A stretch of DNA of 64,000 nucleotides from Octopus sinensis. Lineage: Eukaryota. Each line of letters starts with the position of its first letter. Within the stretch, counting starts at the first letter, position 1. Position numbers and translations under genes: made by a program. Positions 12,172 to 25,224 of the stretch are shown here, in pieces. The stretch lies in contig NC_042998.1 of NCBI RefSeq assembly GCF_006345805.1, positions 99,324,001 to 99,388,000 on the forward strand. The letters are read 5' to 3'. A model generated the notes under the pieces. That model worked only from the letters and a program-made list of their open reading frames with translations. It did no database searches and had not been told where the DNA came from.

Positions 12172-15100
12172 CTAGCAGCATAGCCCGGCGTTGCCCGGGT
12201 ATGTAAGAGCCCCAAGTAGGCAACGACTAATCCCAATCTAGTCCTTTCCCTCTAGGGAACGAAGGTTCATGTGTAGGTTGCAATGTCTTCTCTTCACTTG
12301 AATACTTCTGTGTATACGATGTTTCTAGCTGTCCCTTTGGGCGATAAAAAGGTCGAATTGTGTCCCCTAGACAGAAAATGTGTCGCATATAAAAAGCTTA
12401 GATTCTCGACCCCATGTCGAATTTATCGATTTTTTTCAGAACTGGGGGAACTTTTCAAAATTTTCGCTGCGTTAGTTTTGAATTATGACATTGGGCTATG
12501 TGTGTGTCAAGTTTCATCAGAATCGGTTGAAAGCCGTGGTCAGGGTGAGGGTACAACCTGACAGACAGACAAACTGCCGTTTATATAGAGAGATATATAT
12601 ATATATATATATAGTTCATTCCCAAAGAAACTAAAATCCGACTGGTCCTGCAGATGTGGACAGAACATAAAGCTATAAAAACATAAGCAAATAACCAATG
12701 CCAGCATGAAACATGGATGTAAGATGATGAATGATGACGAGTTATATGCAGTCACAGAAGGGATTTGCAACAGAAGAGATGAAGTGGTGAGATCAAATGT
12801 CAGGATTCTAAATCTAACAGAAGAATTGAAAAGGATCTTAACAAGCGACAATATGCTGCATAACAGATCCATTCAGCCCATGCTAGCTCAGAAAAAAAAT
12901 ATATACATGAATAAAAGACACTGAACTGAATGCTGATATTCATTAGCTAAATTACTGATGTCATTATACTTCACAAAATGCTGAAAATTTGGACATTTCA
13001 TAAATAGGCAATGCTTGTTCGTGCAAAGTCGTATCCCCTACCCCTACCCCGTCCACCAGCCTCTTTCCCTAATATGTCAAGCATTCCTTCCTACCTATCT
13101 ATGTTACTATGCAGCTGCTGTACTCACCTGCAAACACACATTACAGCCTATACCCTCCAAAACAGTGTCCTCCTGCCACCTGAACTACTTCCATTCCTCA
13201 TCATCCCATCCACACCATTCCAACCAATCATTTCCATTTTTCCCCTTAGCTATACTCTATTCTCAACACCTCTTAACTGCTGCCATTCTCAATACCATCC
13301 ATCATAACTAGAGCTTCTTATGTATCCCTAACAGCTTTTATGTATCTCTCTACAGACCTCCTACACCTTTCACATCATTCTACTACTTTTATCCTCCTTC
13401 GTGATCCACTCTTAAATCTCCCACCTCACCCCTCTGCATACTGGTATCCCCACCCTTGTTTTTCACTCACTACACTAACCTCTCATAAAACTGTATCACA
13501 AAGATTAGGGTTTCTTTTGATTAATTGCTGACCTACTACAAATCATAAGTGCAACAGTCATTAGAGTACTGCTCAAATTTATGGAATGATGTACCAGATA
13601 GACATGCAAATATTCAGAACCACATTTAAAAAGAAGTTCCATTTGCCAATTAACTCTTTCACTCATCAAATACACAACCCCTGCAACTAAAACAGCTTCC
13701 AGCATTCCAACTCAGCTTAAACCCATCCAATGTACTTTCCTCCACTATTCCTCAAGTTGCCTTATCCCCAAATCTCATTCCAAATACATTGTTCCATTCT
13801 TTCCTGCTCAAAACTGATGTTTCTCTTGAATTCTCTCTCAGCCCACATTTTTCTCTCAGGCATCACACAACAGAAGTTCAAATCGAAAAGCCACTTAGGA
13901 GGCCAACAAAAGTCATGGGCACAAACTAAATATTAAAAACTTTCAATAAACAGCATTAAAATGTTTCAAAAAAATACCTTACCAAGAATCCTAAAGAAAG
14001 AAGCATACTGGCAGTCATACAATGAAAATAAAAAGGACTTGACATTGGGTAAGCTGTGTAAAACTTCTAAAATTTCAGATCCTTTGATAACCTGTAAGAA
14101 AAAAAATCAAAACTTGTTATATTTCATTAAAAAATAGTGATAATTGATTATCACATAATATCAATTAATGTTCAATAGAAACTCAATAGATATTCAGAAT
14201 TTATTTAACATTAACATATTTAATGCAGTGAACATTAAAAAATCTAATTAAAAATAATTAAAGGATGAAAAGAAATTAACTAATGACTATTATTTTATTC
14301 ATTTTGGCAAGGGGGACAATTTCAAATATATATATTCAATCTCATTAGATTTCCTTAGCAAAGCATAAACTTCATTTTACATGCTAATGTAGCAATGAGA
14401 CAATCACTAAGTAGATGCTTTATACTATGCAACAGTGGGTGAAAACTTTGCTTATTAAACAAAAGTAGATCAAGATTAATTTCTCTGAAAAGTCATCTAC
14501 ATGAAAAAAAAAGTGCTAACAAATGCAATGAGCAGAAAACAATCCTAATTTGAAATAATTATTTAGAAGTTTATTACATAAGTAGTTAAGACTATAGAAT
14601 AAACTATTAAAGCAGCAACTATGTCAACTTTAATATGATGAAAACAGAAACGATATTTTTCACCAATGAATAAAAGCTATCTATAATAACATCTGCAGAA
14701 GAAATGTAAATTATATCAGTGACTTTATACTTTGAGTTTTAATATTTTCCAAGAAGACAGAAATTGGAAAGTTCTGAAAATTAGACATTTACATGAATTA
14801 TTGAAATCTATCTTGTGTTCACCACCAGGTGATGGATGACAGACATCATCGTCATTTAACGCCTATTTTCCATGCTGGCATGGGTTGGACGGTTTGACTG
14901 AGGTCTGGAGAGTCAGCGGCTGTATCAGGCAATGTTCCTACAGCTGGATGCCCTTCCTAATGCCAACCACTCCGAGAAGTGTAATGGGTGCTTTTTACAT
15001 GCCACCAGCATGGGAGCCGCTCAGGTGAGCCTGGTATCAATGACATTCGGATAGTGCTTTTAACGTGCCACTAGCACGGGGACCAGTCAGGTGGTCCTGG

Positions 15101-18100
15101 CATTGATCACGTTTGGATAGTGCTTTTTACATGCCACCAGCACAGGAGTCAGTCAGGAGACACTGGCATTGACCACATTCGGATGGTGCTTTTTATGTGC
15201 TACCAGAATGAGAGCCAGTCAGGGGGCACTGGCCACAGCTACGATATTGGTTTTACTTGACTCAACAAGCCTTCTCAAGCATATCATATCACCCGACACA
15301 TCAGGGGTACTCTAAATGGGCTGGACATGCAACACTGGTATCAGCCATGGCCGTGATCTCACTTTAGTTGCCAGGTCTTCTCAGTCACAGTATATCTCCA
15401 AAGGTCTTGGTCTCATGTCCAATGTTCAAAAGTCAACTTTAAATCAAATAGCCAATGCTATTAGCATATCCCACAAGTTGAGAATATTCTACACAATGAA
15501 CTTGGCAAGACAAAGGTTTCTCCTTTGTGGGTGCCACATCTGACACCTGATCAAAAGTGCCCATGGCTGGTTATCACAGGAAAATCTGACGTTGTTTGAA
15601 GCAGATCCAGCTAGTTTCCTTGAATGTTTCCTAACCCAGGATGAGTGTTGGCTTCATCACTTTGAGTCAGAGACAGAAAGACAATTCATGTAGTGGAAAA
15701 ACCCCTCCTCACCTGCTCCAAAGGCCAAGGTCAATTCATCTGTTGGGAAGGTGATGGCCCCAGTTTTTTTGGATGCAAAAGCATTGTGTTTATTAATTAT
15801 CTTCAAAAAAAGCCACATCATCAATGGAGAGTATTATACTAACTTGCGGAGGCAGTTAAAAAACGCTATCAAGACCAAATACTCAAGAAAACTGACAAAA
15901 GGGGTCTTGTTTCATCAGGATAATGTTCTAGCACACAAATCCTTGGTTTCAATGGCTGCTGTGTGACTGTGGCCTTGAACTGAATAATGACCCTTACTAT
16001 TCTTCAGATCTAGCCTCATCTAATTATCATCTGTTCCCCAACATGAAAAAAAAACACTTGACTGGGAACCAGTATCACAGTGATGAAGCTGTCATATCTG
16101 CCGTTGTTTAAAATTAATCTCATTAGATCACATTCCATGAGAGTGTTTTGGTCAGCTTATGAACTTTTCAGCCAACCCTTGTAACTTACTACATTAGCCA
16201 AAAAGACTGATACAATAAGTACCTGACTTAAAAAATAAGTACTAGGGTTAATTTGCTCAAACCTTTCAAGGCAGTACCCCAGAATGGCTGCAGTCCACTT
16301 ACTGAAACAAGTAAAAGATAAAAGATATTTACAATAGAAAAGTGAGTGCTGACACACACGTGATGTAAGTAAGTCAAGAAATTTTAATTAAATTAGAATT
16401 ACAATATTAGTGATGAAAACAAGCAGTCTGTGCAAGATTTAATTCTGGTCAAAAAAAAAAAAAAGATAAGGGAGACAACTCTGAAATTTTAAATAAATAC
16501 AGAAATCCATGAAGAGTAAGTCTTCTTTAGCAGCACTGATAACTTAGGACATGTTATTAGACCTTGTCTGCAGAGCTGAGTATAACTACTGCTGTAGGTT
16601 TTAGATGACCAGAAAAGAATATAGGATTTTTGTGAATGGACACCTAGTGGCGATGTAACTTAAAAACATGACTGGGAGAAAGGATAAATACCAAGGGACG
16701 ACTGCTGCATAAAATCTTAAAAGTAACGATAGAATACAACAGTAATGTTATTACGCATAAGTTCCATTGTGTAGCTGAATCAAAATGAGACTAAGAAAGT
16801 TTTAGCAAATAAATAGTTCTATATTTAAAGAATAAAGCTTACTTAAGAAAAAATCATTGGGGTCAAAATATATAATGTCGTTGTGTTATCTTTTTCCATG
16901 CTGGCATAAGTTGGATGAGACTTCTTGTGACAGCATTCTATAGCTGCATGCTCTCCCGCTCTCCCTTAATTTTTCAAGGGAGGTAATTTATTCAGATGAC
17001 CAATACATGGCAAACTCCTGAATAGAATGCTTTGTTTATAGAGGACATAAGCCCTAACCAAGCGGTGTCAATGCAAAGACATGAAAAGACTTTCATCTAT
17101 TACATTTCACTCACAAGGTATTGGTCAACCCAAGTCCATTGTAGAAGATACTTGCCCAAGATGCTATACAGTGAATCTGAAACTACATATTTGCAAGGTG
17201 AACTTCTTAACCACATAGCCATACTTGCACCTATGCCTTATTTATGGAAATTTATGAAGAGAAACAAAATGAACTGTTTTAGTAGTTTCTATTGCTGAAA
17301 AGCAAAGTTATCAGAAAACCAAACTATGATACCTGACCAAAACCAGAAAACTTACCTGTTCCCTGAGTTTAGGTCGTTCAAGTGCAATAGTACAACAGAA
17401 TACAGTATAGGTGACAAAAGTTTGATAATCCATGAGTTCATATGAAGTAAAGGTTGCCACAGTATCCAAGAAAAGGGAAGCAGCCTTTTTAAAGTCTCGT
17501 ATTGACATACAGTAGACCCCACGGTAGACTTTTAAACGATTACGTCGATCCCAATCACCACCTTCATCAATTAATCTGCAAAGGGACAAAAATGGTAACA
17601 TTATATAGAAGGAAAATAATTAAAAAATACAAAACTGATGTTATATACCGTAAATCCTCGAGTATAATCTGCATTTTTTTCCCAAAATTTAAAGGTCAAA
17701 ATTCCGAGTGCGTATTATATATGAGGTTAAAAATGAAAAATATTTTCTAAGCAATGTCCGAATCTCTATTTGCTGTCCAGCAATGTTTATTCAGACGCAT
17801 TTTGTGATGTCGGGTGCAAAAATACCTTAAGCATCATTACTGTAGCAAACAATAGATACTTAATTAAATACCAGTATTAGATATTTGAACTTTTGTGGGT
17901 CTTTACTAGGGCTTTTTTACAAGCAGGACTTAAACCTGTACATTAATACAGGTAATAGGTAATAGGGCCGCTGGAAGAAAATTTGAAAAGCTACACGTTT
18001 ACAACAATAATAAAGGACGTTACCGTATACATTTTTTACAAACCATGCACGTTATATAGACCTCCTTGACTCAAGTTAGAGAAGGGGTGCATATTATACA

Positions 18101-21100
18101 CAAGGTTTAGGTTTTTTTCAGAGGTACAGCCCCCTAAAAATCCCCTGCATATTATACTCAAAGACGGACTATACTCGAGGATTTATGGTAAACTAATCCT
18201 AAAACATCAATATTTTACTTAACAGTTGATAAAGAGAAATAATATTTCTACAACCAATAATTCAGATATATTACAAACTTACGTCTGTGCCTTTTCTAGA
18301 TACCGAGTGATCAGTTCATGATCCATATAAAAGAGACCAATTCTGATGAGATGAAACACCAAATCTAAACGATATCCAAGTGTTACAGTCTTATCACTTG
18401 TCTTCTGGAATTGAGTCAGAGCTCCTTCCTGAAAAAGACAAAAAAAGTGTAATTATATAAACATTATATCCAGATAATGAACAAGTACAAGACGGCAGGA
18501 ATATAACTATACTTAAATCCAGATAGGCACAGCCTAAAGAATATATCATCTCTTCCAAGGCACTGAAAAGATATGGTGTTTTCTCCTTTTTTCCACAGAA
18601 CTGGCTGGACTCATGCAACTTCTACTCAGACACTCCTGACTCACTCACTTCTCCACTCAGCAACCATATTCCATCCACTCCCCCAGTGCCTTCCTGGTTC
18701 TCTGGAATTCTTTACATATTTATATATTTTTCCTGCAGCTGTCAAGAGGAATATTAATATCAATCTCAAAGGTATCAGAGAACCTGCAAATATCATGACC
18801 ACACTGCTTTTCTTAAGACCAAAAAAAAATGTTATTCACCTTGTCTCCAATTCTGCTTAGATATTCAGCTTTTTCCAACATAAAATCCCGAACTTCTGTT
18901 TCACCAAGATTTTTCTCAGCATCCTCAATTTTTACATCTATAGCTTTCAAATCTTTTTCATTTGTTTCTTTCATCTTCTTCAAAAGATTTTCATCAAGTT
19001 TGAAACCAAGCTGAGCAATACAAACGGTTTCATAAAATGGTGCCATATCTAAAGAGAAAACAAAGGCATTTCAGTTGTAGTTAAAACATTCTATATCTAT
19101 GACACATTTAACATTTTAATATGTAGTTAAGTTGGGCTGTATAGGTTTCTGTAAATTTTGCAGGACAAGCTCAAATTGAATGCCAGCTATAGTTTGAGAA
19201 AGCTTTCAAAGGTCATAGCTACTGTTCTGTCACCAACTCCATCCCACAAACAACTGATGTAAAGTTGTTTTTGTAGCTGAACCCCAAATCGGTTATGAAT
19301 GTGCAGACATATGATCAAAGATATTCCAACCATGGACAACCCATCATGTATATTCAAATATTGTATCCTTCCCATTTTTAAGATGTTAGGATGTAATCTG
19401 AGAGTTTCAATTGCTATTTCTAATAAGCAACTACATAAGGCCCACTCTCATTGTCTCATTAAAAGGTTTACATGGAAATTAAGAATTAGCTATTTAAAAC
19501 AGAAGCTTGCTTCCCAACCATGTGGTTTCAGGTTCAGTTCCATTGGGCAGCACCTTGGACAAGTATCTTTTACTACAGCTCTGGACTGACCAAAGCCTTG
19601 CGAGTGGAAACTGAAAGAACTCTATCATATATGTATGAGGAGAGTGAAGATGGGGTGTATCCTGCCTTGCCAACACATGGTGGTTGTAAACAAACATCTT
19701 TCATTTCCAATCTTCCATGAAAAATATATCTGGCTGTAGGGAAATATCATCTTGCTTGTAAACAGACAAGGGTATGTGATAGGAGCATCAACAAATTCTG
19801 ACTGATCCATGGAAAAGTAGACATTAAAATGATGATGAAGAGGCGGATAGTGTACTGTGAGTTGCTGAGTCTAAACATATAATTATAAAGAGTATTCTGT
19901 TGCAAAAAAAAATGTTTCATAAAATTGCAAATATTTTACCAAATGTTTTTGTGTGCTTTTACATGTCTGTAAAATATAGAAAGTAATGAGGTACAGCACT
20001 AATTTCTTAAACTGAGTCTGAAATCTATTCCCAATTGCAACTTTTTCACTTACATCAGCAATGGAAAAAGAATGGATCCAATGAGCTGCATTTATTCTAT
20101 TACTTAAGATAATGATGACTCAAAGAAGAAAAAATACCGACAGTATAAGGCTTCAAAGTAACCCTATTCCATAACCATTGCACCTCTACAACTTCAGAAT
20201 TTATAAATTTAAAAGCTTATCCTCACAAAATCATCATCTATCTATTTTCCATGCTGGTGTGGGTTGAACAGGTTGTCATAACTAAAGTCATATCTCATTG
20301 AGAGCTTCCACTCCTATTCACTGGTGCTTGTGTCATTTGGCTAGGTTTTTACAGCTGATGTTCTTCTTATCACCAACTACTTTACAGAGCAGACTGGGTG
20401 CATTTTCTCATGGCACCAAAACATAGCTAATGTAACCTCACAACCCAATGCTTTCTCTACTCATTTGCCAATCACTTTACTAAGTGCATTTTTATGACAT
20501 CATTACAGAAGTTGTTTTGGTCATCAGTCACTGTAAAGGGAGCACAGATGGGAAGCAGGAGTGGCTGTTGTGCCACCAGCAAAGGAGGGACTGTGCTTTG
20601 TACATGGAATGTAGAGTACTCAGTAAACTTACACATGTTGACAGAAGAAGGGAGAAAGAGAGAGAGAGAGCAATGACAGCCGAAAGGCCAGAAACCAAGC
20701 AAAAGTTTAAGCACAGAGAGTACTCAAAAGCCTTAAGGTAAGGGTAAATGATGGGTAGCCCTAAGGAAAGTAATGGCTGGTAACACTAAAGTGCAAAGTT
20801 AGTGTGCATGGGTAATGGGGATTAGGGTAATCCATTGCTATCCTTTATAACATAGGCCTAGTGAAGAGTGAGGAAATCTGAGTAATGAGGGTTATGTAAT
20901 CAGTACAGAAGGTAGGAGATGAGGTGGAGAGCTATGTTTGACCTATGCAAGCATAAAAAATTAAGCATTTAGCACAATGATGATGATCATCATATCTTAA
21001 TTAAATTTAATTAGATTCTTTCCAGTTCTTAGGACTCAAAGTTTCTTGAAAGGCTACAATAGCTAAAGGAACACACTAAATGTGTCAAACTATGCCAATT

Positions 21101-24100
21101 TGCATTGAATTTACTCATGATTAATGATGATAAAGTTTAAATATGAAAAAGTTTGAGGGTTAGACATGAGAGAAAAAGTTTTCACACAAATAAGACAAAA
21201 AGAAGTCCTAAACGAATCACATTTAAACCTTTTGTTACCATACCTTAGTTGAAATAAAGTCTTTGACTAAATTAACACAGAATTTTGATAGTTTTAATCT
21301 AGATTACTCTAAAGCATGATTGGTTTATATAATAAAACCAAGATGGTCTCAGGTAGATTGGTATCAAATGGGTTAGACAGATTTGATGTAGAAAAAATAT
21401 ATAGTTAAACTAATTAAAGATAAAATATAACAAAAGAAAATATTGTTGATAATCTATCACTAACCACATTTCTAATAAAAATAGCAAAAAAATCTGTTCT
21501 TCATTCTGATACCACAGAAACACTTTATTTTGAATAAGCCACTGAGGGAGTCTCTACATTGCCACTTGATTTGTTAGAAATAGAAGCCAAACCTCCTTCA
21601 AATCACACCTAGCGTAAAAGACAATGGATACTATATCTGTAAATAGGTGATATTATTCATGATTAGAACATCTTTGATCATAGGGCTGCACAATCAGGTC
21701 TGAATGAGAGTTAAAAAGAATAGTTTGTTTTGGTGGGGTTGGGTAAAGAAACAGTAATCACAATTTTCAAAGGCACTCTTAGACTGGTTAGGTTGATATA
21801 GATCAGTGGTTCACAACAAAGGTCCATATGACCCTTGGTGGGTCCATAGAGTTTGTTGTCAAAATTTATGTGCAATAAACTGGTTATACTTCTACAATAC
21901 ACAAAATATTTTAACTATTTTATATACAATTCCTGATAATATTTAATTCTAAAAATAGGGTTTTTTAAACACTGAATACCTATGAGGGTCCACAGGTAAA
22001 AAAAAAATCGTTGAACCCACTGATATAAATGATATTCAATTTGAACTTCTCTAAGATGACTCTTGAAGGAAAAGAATTGCAAAGGACTGCAGTTTTTGAA
22101 TGAAAAACAGTACAAAATATTTAGTGCACAACTGGGCAGGGATGTGAGTGATAACAATAGAGATGATGAGTGGAGAAGAGGTTGCTGTTTATCCCTAGGT
22201 AAGTGCAGATGAAGGAGACCTATGGTCAAAGGGATTTTAAGCCATGACCATTCAATCTTATTTTTAGATATAATAAATCCAGAAATCTGTCTTATATTCT
22301 TAAAAAAAGGTGTGATTTAAGTTAGACTTAGCTACTATTCTAGCAGGCTGAGCAACCATGTATAAATTCCCTTGTAGATAAAATCAGAGAGAAGAGTGTT
22401 ATGTGAGCAAATAATTGGAGGAAGTTGACAAATTTATCTTTTCTGATCAGTCAGAGAAGCATTCTTTTTTTTTAATAGGATTAAAAATACCTAAAATATG
22501 AATGAACAGTATTGTAATATGGACTGAACTTAACTTTGTAATCGGTCAGCAACTGATCAGAACTTAAGATATTTTCTATCTCTGAAGAAAATGCCTATCC
22601 TTTTGGATACAATTTTGGTTATATCAAAGTTGTATGTTTGCTTTGAGAGCTCACTGAAATTTCAAGGGTTTCAGTTGTATTATATATACATAGGGATTGT
22701 CTCATTGATACATGCAGTGTTTTGGTAATACTGAAAGAGACTTGGTTATATCCTTATTTGATGATGAATATGAGATTCATGAAAGCAGTAACAAGTTTTG
22801 GAAAAGTCTCTGTTGCATGTGCGAAAATTTGTGTTATATGCAATAAAAGTAATTGTTGTTAGAAATATGAAAAAGAAGTGTAGTAGACAACTGAACTAAA
22901 GCATACCAAGTCAACAGAATGTGAAACAAAGAGCCTCATCAGTGCATTGGCCATAAGAGTAGTCAGACAGGAAACTTTTGATACAAAGGGACATGACAGA
23001 GACATATACAATTAGGAGGTTCTTGTGTTAACTTCAGGGGTAAAAGCTTGGCTTTCACAGAAGTTGACAGATGGAAAAATCACTGATGTGTGAGTGTATG
23101 ATGCAGGAATGCTGATTTCTAGCAGAACTGGTTCTATGAATGCTATATTGATGGTATAAGAAAAGGGAAAGAAACTGAAGGTGCTTATCAGGAAGGAGTT
23201 GGCTGCTTACAACTGTCAGAATGTTATAAGAGTGAGCAATAGCGCGGTAAGGAATATCGGTCTTTTTGAAGAAGTATTAATCATATTTCCACAGCTTGAG
23301 CACATCACCAACCAGGACTGAAGTCATTTTCTAACCAGGAACGAAACGCCTAAACTTTTAGATGCAGTTTTGGTTATATCAAAGACGTGAGTGAATATAA
23401 TACAAGGGAGGTTGTTGTTTATCCCTAGGTGAACCTTGATCAAGATGTTTTGCAAACAACTTGCACATGCAAGTGCTACCAGTCGAGAACTCCGCATACG
23501 TGAACCCAACGAGTGTATAGGGTCATCAGGAGACAGTGCGTGCAGTTTTGGGGCCCACTTCTCTTGATCAAGTAAACTTATGGTCAAAGACATTTCTATG
23601 ACGATTGTCTTGACATCGTGTGAATGTTGTAAATGAGTGTCACTCATACAAATAGTGTCAATCATTTTCAATCTTCCATGAAAACATGTCCGGCCATGAA
23701 GAAATATTACCTTGTTTGGAAACAGGTGAGGGTTGACGACAGGAGGATATCCGGCCCATGTAAGCAAGGAAAAGTGGGTGCTTAAATGATGATGGTAATG
23801 ATCTATCCATATACAAAATAACAATGCAGGGTTCTTGAAAATAAGTTCAGGTTATTGATTAGGCTCACAAGCTCAAAAAGTCTTTTATTAGAAAATAGTC
23901 TTACTGATAAGTGATGCCTTTCAAATGAAAAAGCACAATATATTTGAGCGAAAACATTAATTCTGGATTTTGTGATGTTAAATGGGGGCTAATGCAGTTT
24001 CGCACCTGAATGAATTACAACCTTCATCACCAACACCACCAATGGATTAACCCAGTCTATTAAAAGGAAATACAAATATCTCTACTAAGACTAAGGCATT

Positions 24101-25184
24101 TTGTCCAGCATTTCCACTTGAACACTGTACCTCTGTCAAGAAATAATTATAGTGTTTATTGTTGTAATTGTACAGGTATTAAGGACCACATTATCCGATG
24201 TGTCCTTTCTGTTTCTGAGACTAGGAAGAATTAGAAACTATTTCCTATAAACTAGTCTAAGAAACTTGGGATATACCTAAATTATAAAAAAATATGCTTT
24301 TGGAACGAAATTAATGATAAAAAACTATTAAATTTACAGCCATTATGAAAACCATTTTCAACAAGCCAATGAAGGAGCTCTAATTGGTCACTCAATCTAG
24401 TAGAAATAGCAGCCATATTTTCTTTAAATCATACATTGTTGTCTTAAATATATATATACGTTAAATAATATACTATGGAGGGAAAAGACTGGATGTTCAT
24501 AACTGGAGTACCTTTCATCAAATGACTACTAGTTCAGAGTTGCCTTGGGAATGAAAACAACTATTTTCAGAAAGGTGCTTCAAGCTTGTTAAGGATACAG
24601 AAGAGTGCCGATCTTCGGCACTATTGTACTGAACACTACTGAAGAATGGCTATTACCACTGACAAAGAAATAAGTTTGCCTTGTAGAAGTAAAATAGAAA
24701 TCAAATGTAAAATTAAAAAAAAAAACTTTCATAACAAAATAAGATGAAAGCAAAAATCGTAAAATAATAAAGCAGAAATTATCCGGTAAAAATGTGTAAG
24801 AATGATGAAGCAGTTTTCAAACCCGTGTAAACTTAGAACTCATACTGTTGGTGTCTCAATACTTTCAATATTTTGAATTAAAATGCCATTATATACACAC
24901 ATATGCCTATATATACATATATAAAATATATATGTGTATGTATATTTACACAATATTAAAACAAAGATTTTAGTAGTTAGTACATGCATGTGAGCTTAGT
25001 TAACGTACAAGGCCGAATCATTCATCTCAAAACACTTACTGTCTTCTTTAACTTTATCCATAATTTTTTTGGCGATTGACGCGTCATTTTTATATTTTTT
25101 GGTACTCAATAGAAATACTGATTGAGCAAGTTGAAGGTCTGGATTTTTAGGTAATCCTTCTTCTTCTAAATTTTCTTGCGGCAT
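8804..25184 (-). CDS. PSMD6: 26S proteasome non-ATPase regulatory subunit 6 (Rpn7), complete 8-exon gene span
   Basis: Eight GT-AG exons (145+209+146+220+109+169+106+69 = 1173 nt) splice in frame to 390 aa plus TGA. Runs from [17 protein letters not shown] to [14 protein letters not shown], colinear with known PSMD6/Rpn7. Confidence 0.98.
9264..9872. mobile_element. fold-back element with 12-bp TSD
   Basis: Inverted arms about 9322-9495 and 9643-9872; AACACAACCTGT at 9252-9263 and 9873-9884; right arm interrupted by a short RTE tail (about 9769-9822). Confidence 0.8.
10185..10575. mobile_element. palindromic Penelope-like (PLE)-type element carrying a hammerhead core
   Basis: Inverted arms 10239-10400 and 10405-10572 around a 4-nt loop; candidate TSD AATTGTATAAAA at 10173-10184 and 10576-10587. 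Confidence 0.7.
10444..10485 (+). ncRNA. minimal type I hammerhead ribozyme motif
   Basis: GTCG-CTGATGA-G-GTCAC(agtatg)GTGAC-GAAA-G-aa-CTC-TGAC: core boxes, 5-bp stem II, CUC triplet, 4-bp stem I. Confidence 0.65.
11396..11501 (-). CDS. PSMD6: PSMD6 exon 7
   Basis: ttttgtag acceptor; [35 protein letters not shown]; donor GTTAGT. Confidence 0.97.
11866..12034 (-). CDS. PSMD6: PSMD6 exon 6 (PCI domain)
   Basis: (A)[55 protein letters not shown](Q); AG/GTAAG boundaries. Confidence 0.98.
12171..12594 (+). mobile_element. Helentron/HINE-like non-autonomous element
   Basis: Starts ACTAG plus hairpin CCCGGCGTTGCCCGGG; ends AAGTTTCATCAGAATCGGT...(GACA)n AACTGCCGTTTATATAGAGAGAT; inserted in (AT)n; CpGs retained. 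Confidence 0.65.
13983..14091 (-). CDS. PSMD6: PSMD6 exon 5
   Basis: ttcttacag acceptor; [36 protein letters not shown]; donor GTAAGG. Confidence 0.96.
14843..15420 (-). mobile_element. 5'-truncated RTE 3'UTR with internal tandem units
   Basis: (CAT)n start on +, shared core, four GTGCTTTTTAYRTGCYAC units. Confidence 0.8.
15440..16110 (+). pseudogene. mariner transposase relic
   Basis: Frameshifted [35 protein letters not shown] and [13 protein letters not shown] = mariner WVPHEL and D,D(34)D/YSPDLAP motifs. Confidence 0.9.
17356..17575 (-). CDS. PSMD6: PSMD6 exon 4
   Basis: [50 protein letters not shown]...[10 protein letters not shown]; AG/GTAAG boundaries. Confidence 0.98.
17648..18188. 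mobile_element. Tc2/pogo-like MITE
   Basis: TIRs CCGTAAATCCTCGAGTATA and TATACTCGAGGATTTATGG, TA on both sides; repeated subterminal TGCRTATTATA motifs. Confidence 0.85.
18283..18428 (-). CDS. PSMD6: PSMD6 exon 3
   Basis: tttttcag acceptor; [48 protein letters not shown](T); donor GTAAGT; not in the ORF track. Confidence 0.97.
18840..19048 (-). CDS. PSMD6: PSMD6 exon 2
   Basis: ttctctttag acceptor; (N)[26 protein letters not shown]...[29 protein letters not shown]; donor GTGAAT. Confidence 0.97.
21804..22022. mobile_element. hAT (Charlie-like) MITE
   Basis: Ends CAGTGGTTCACAAC and GTTGAACCCACTG; 8-bp TSD ATATAGAT / ATATAAAT (7/8). Confidence 0.75.
23445..23562. other. 118-bp insertion of unknown origin with 10-bp TSD
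   Basis: CTTGATCAAG at 23435-23444 and 23563-23572; interrupts an old repeat also seen at 22178-22270. Confidence 0.6.
25040..25184 (-). CDS. PSMD6: PSMD6 exon 1
   Basis: ATG at 25184; [48 protein letters not shown]; phase-1 donor GTAAG at 25039. Confidence 0.97.
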
Positions 25185-25215
25185 GTTGGCGTTTTTCTAA
25201 ATGAAAAGTAGATTC

Positions 25216-25224
25216 ACCGGAAAT
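25216..25224. promoter_or_regulatory. ETS-like motif just upstream of PSMD6 ATG
   Basis: ACCGGAAAT about 32 bp upstream of the ATG in a locally CpG-retaining stretch; motif only. Confidence 0.3.

Noticed and set aside
20480-20745. Purine-rich segment ending in AAG/GTAAGG, a possible antisense exon in PSMD6 intron 1
   Set aside because: Only a donor-like motif; no acceptor, partner exon or homology can be established from sequence alone
23522-23530. Additional CTGATGA strings (minus strand here; plus strand at 33183-33189)
   Set aside because: No GAAA after a stem II and no stem I/III; the 33183 instance is antisense to Dong-like coding sequence; no box D partner for a snoRNA
23324-23824. 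166-aa minus-strand ORF
   Set aside because: Crosses an RTE-type tail, an old repeat and the 118-bp insertion; no recognisable domain
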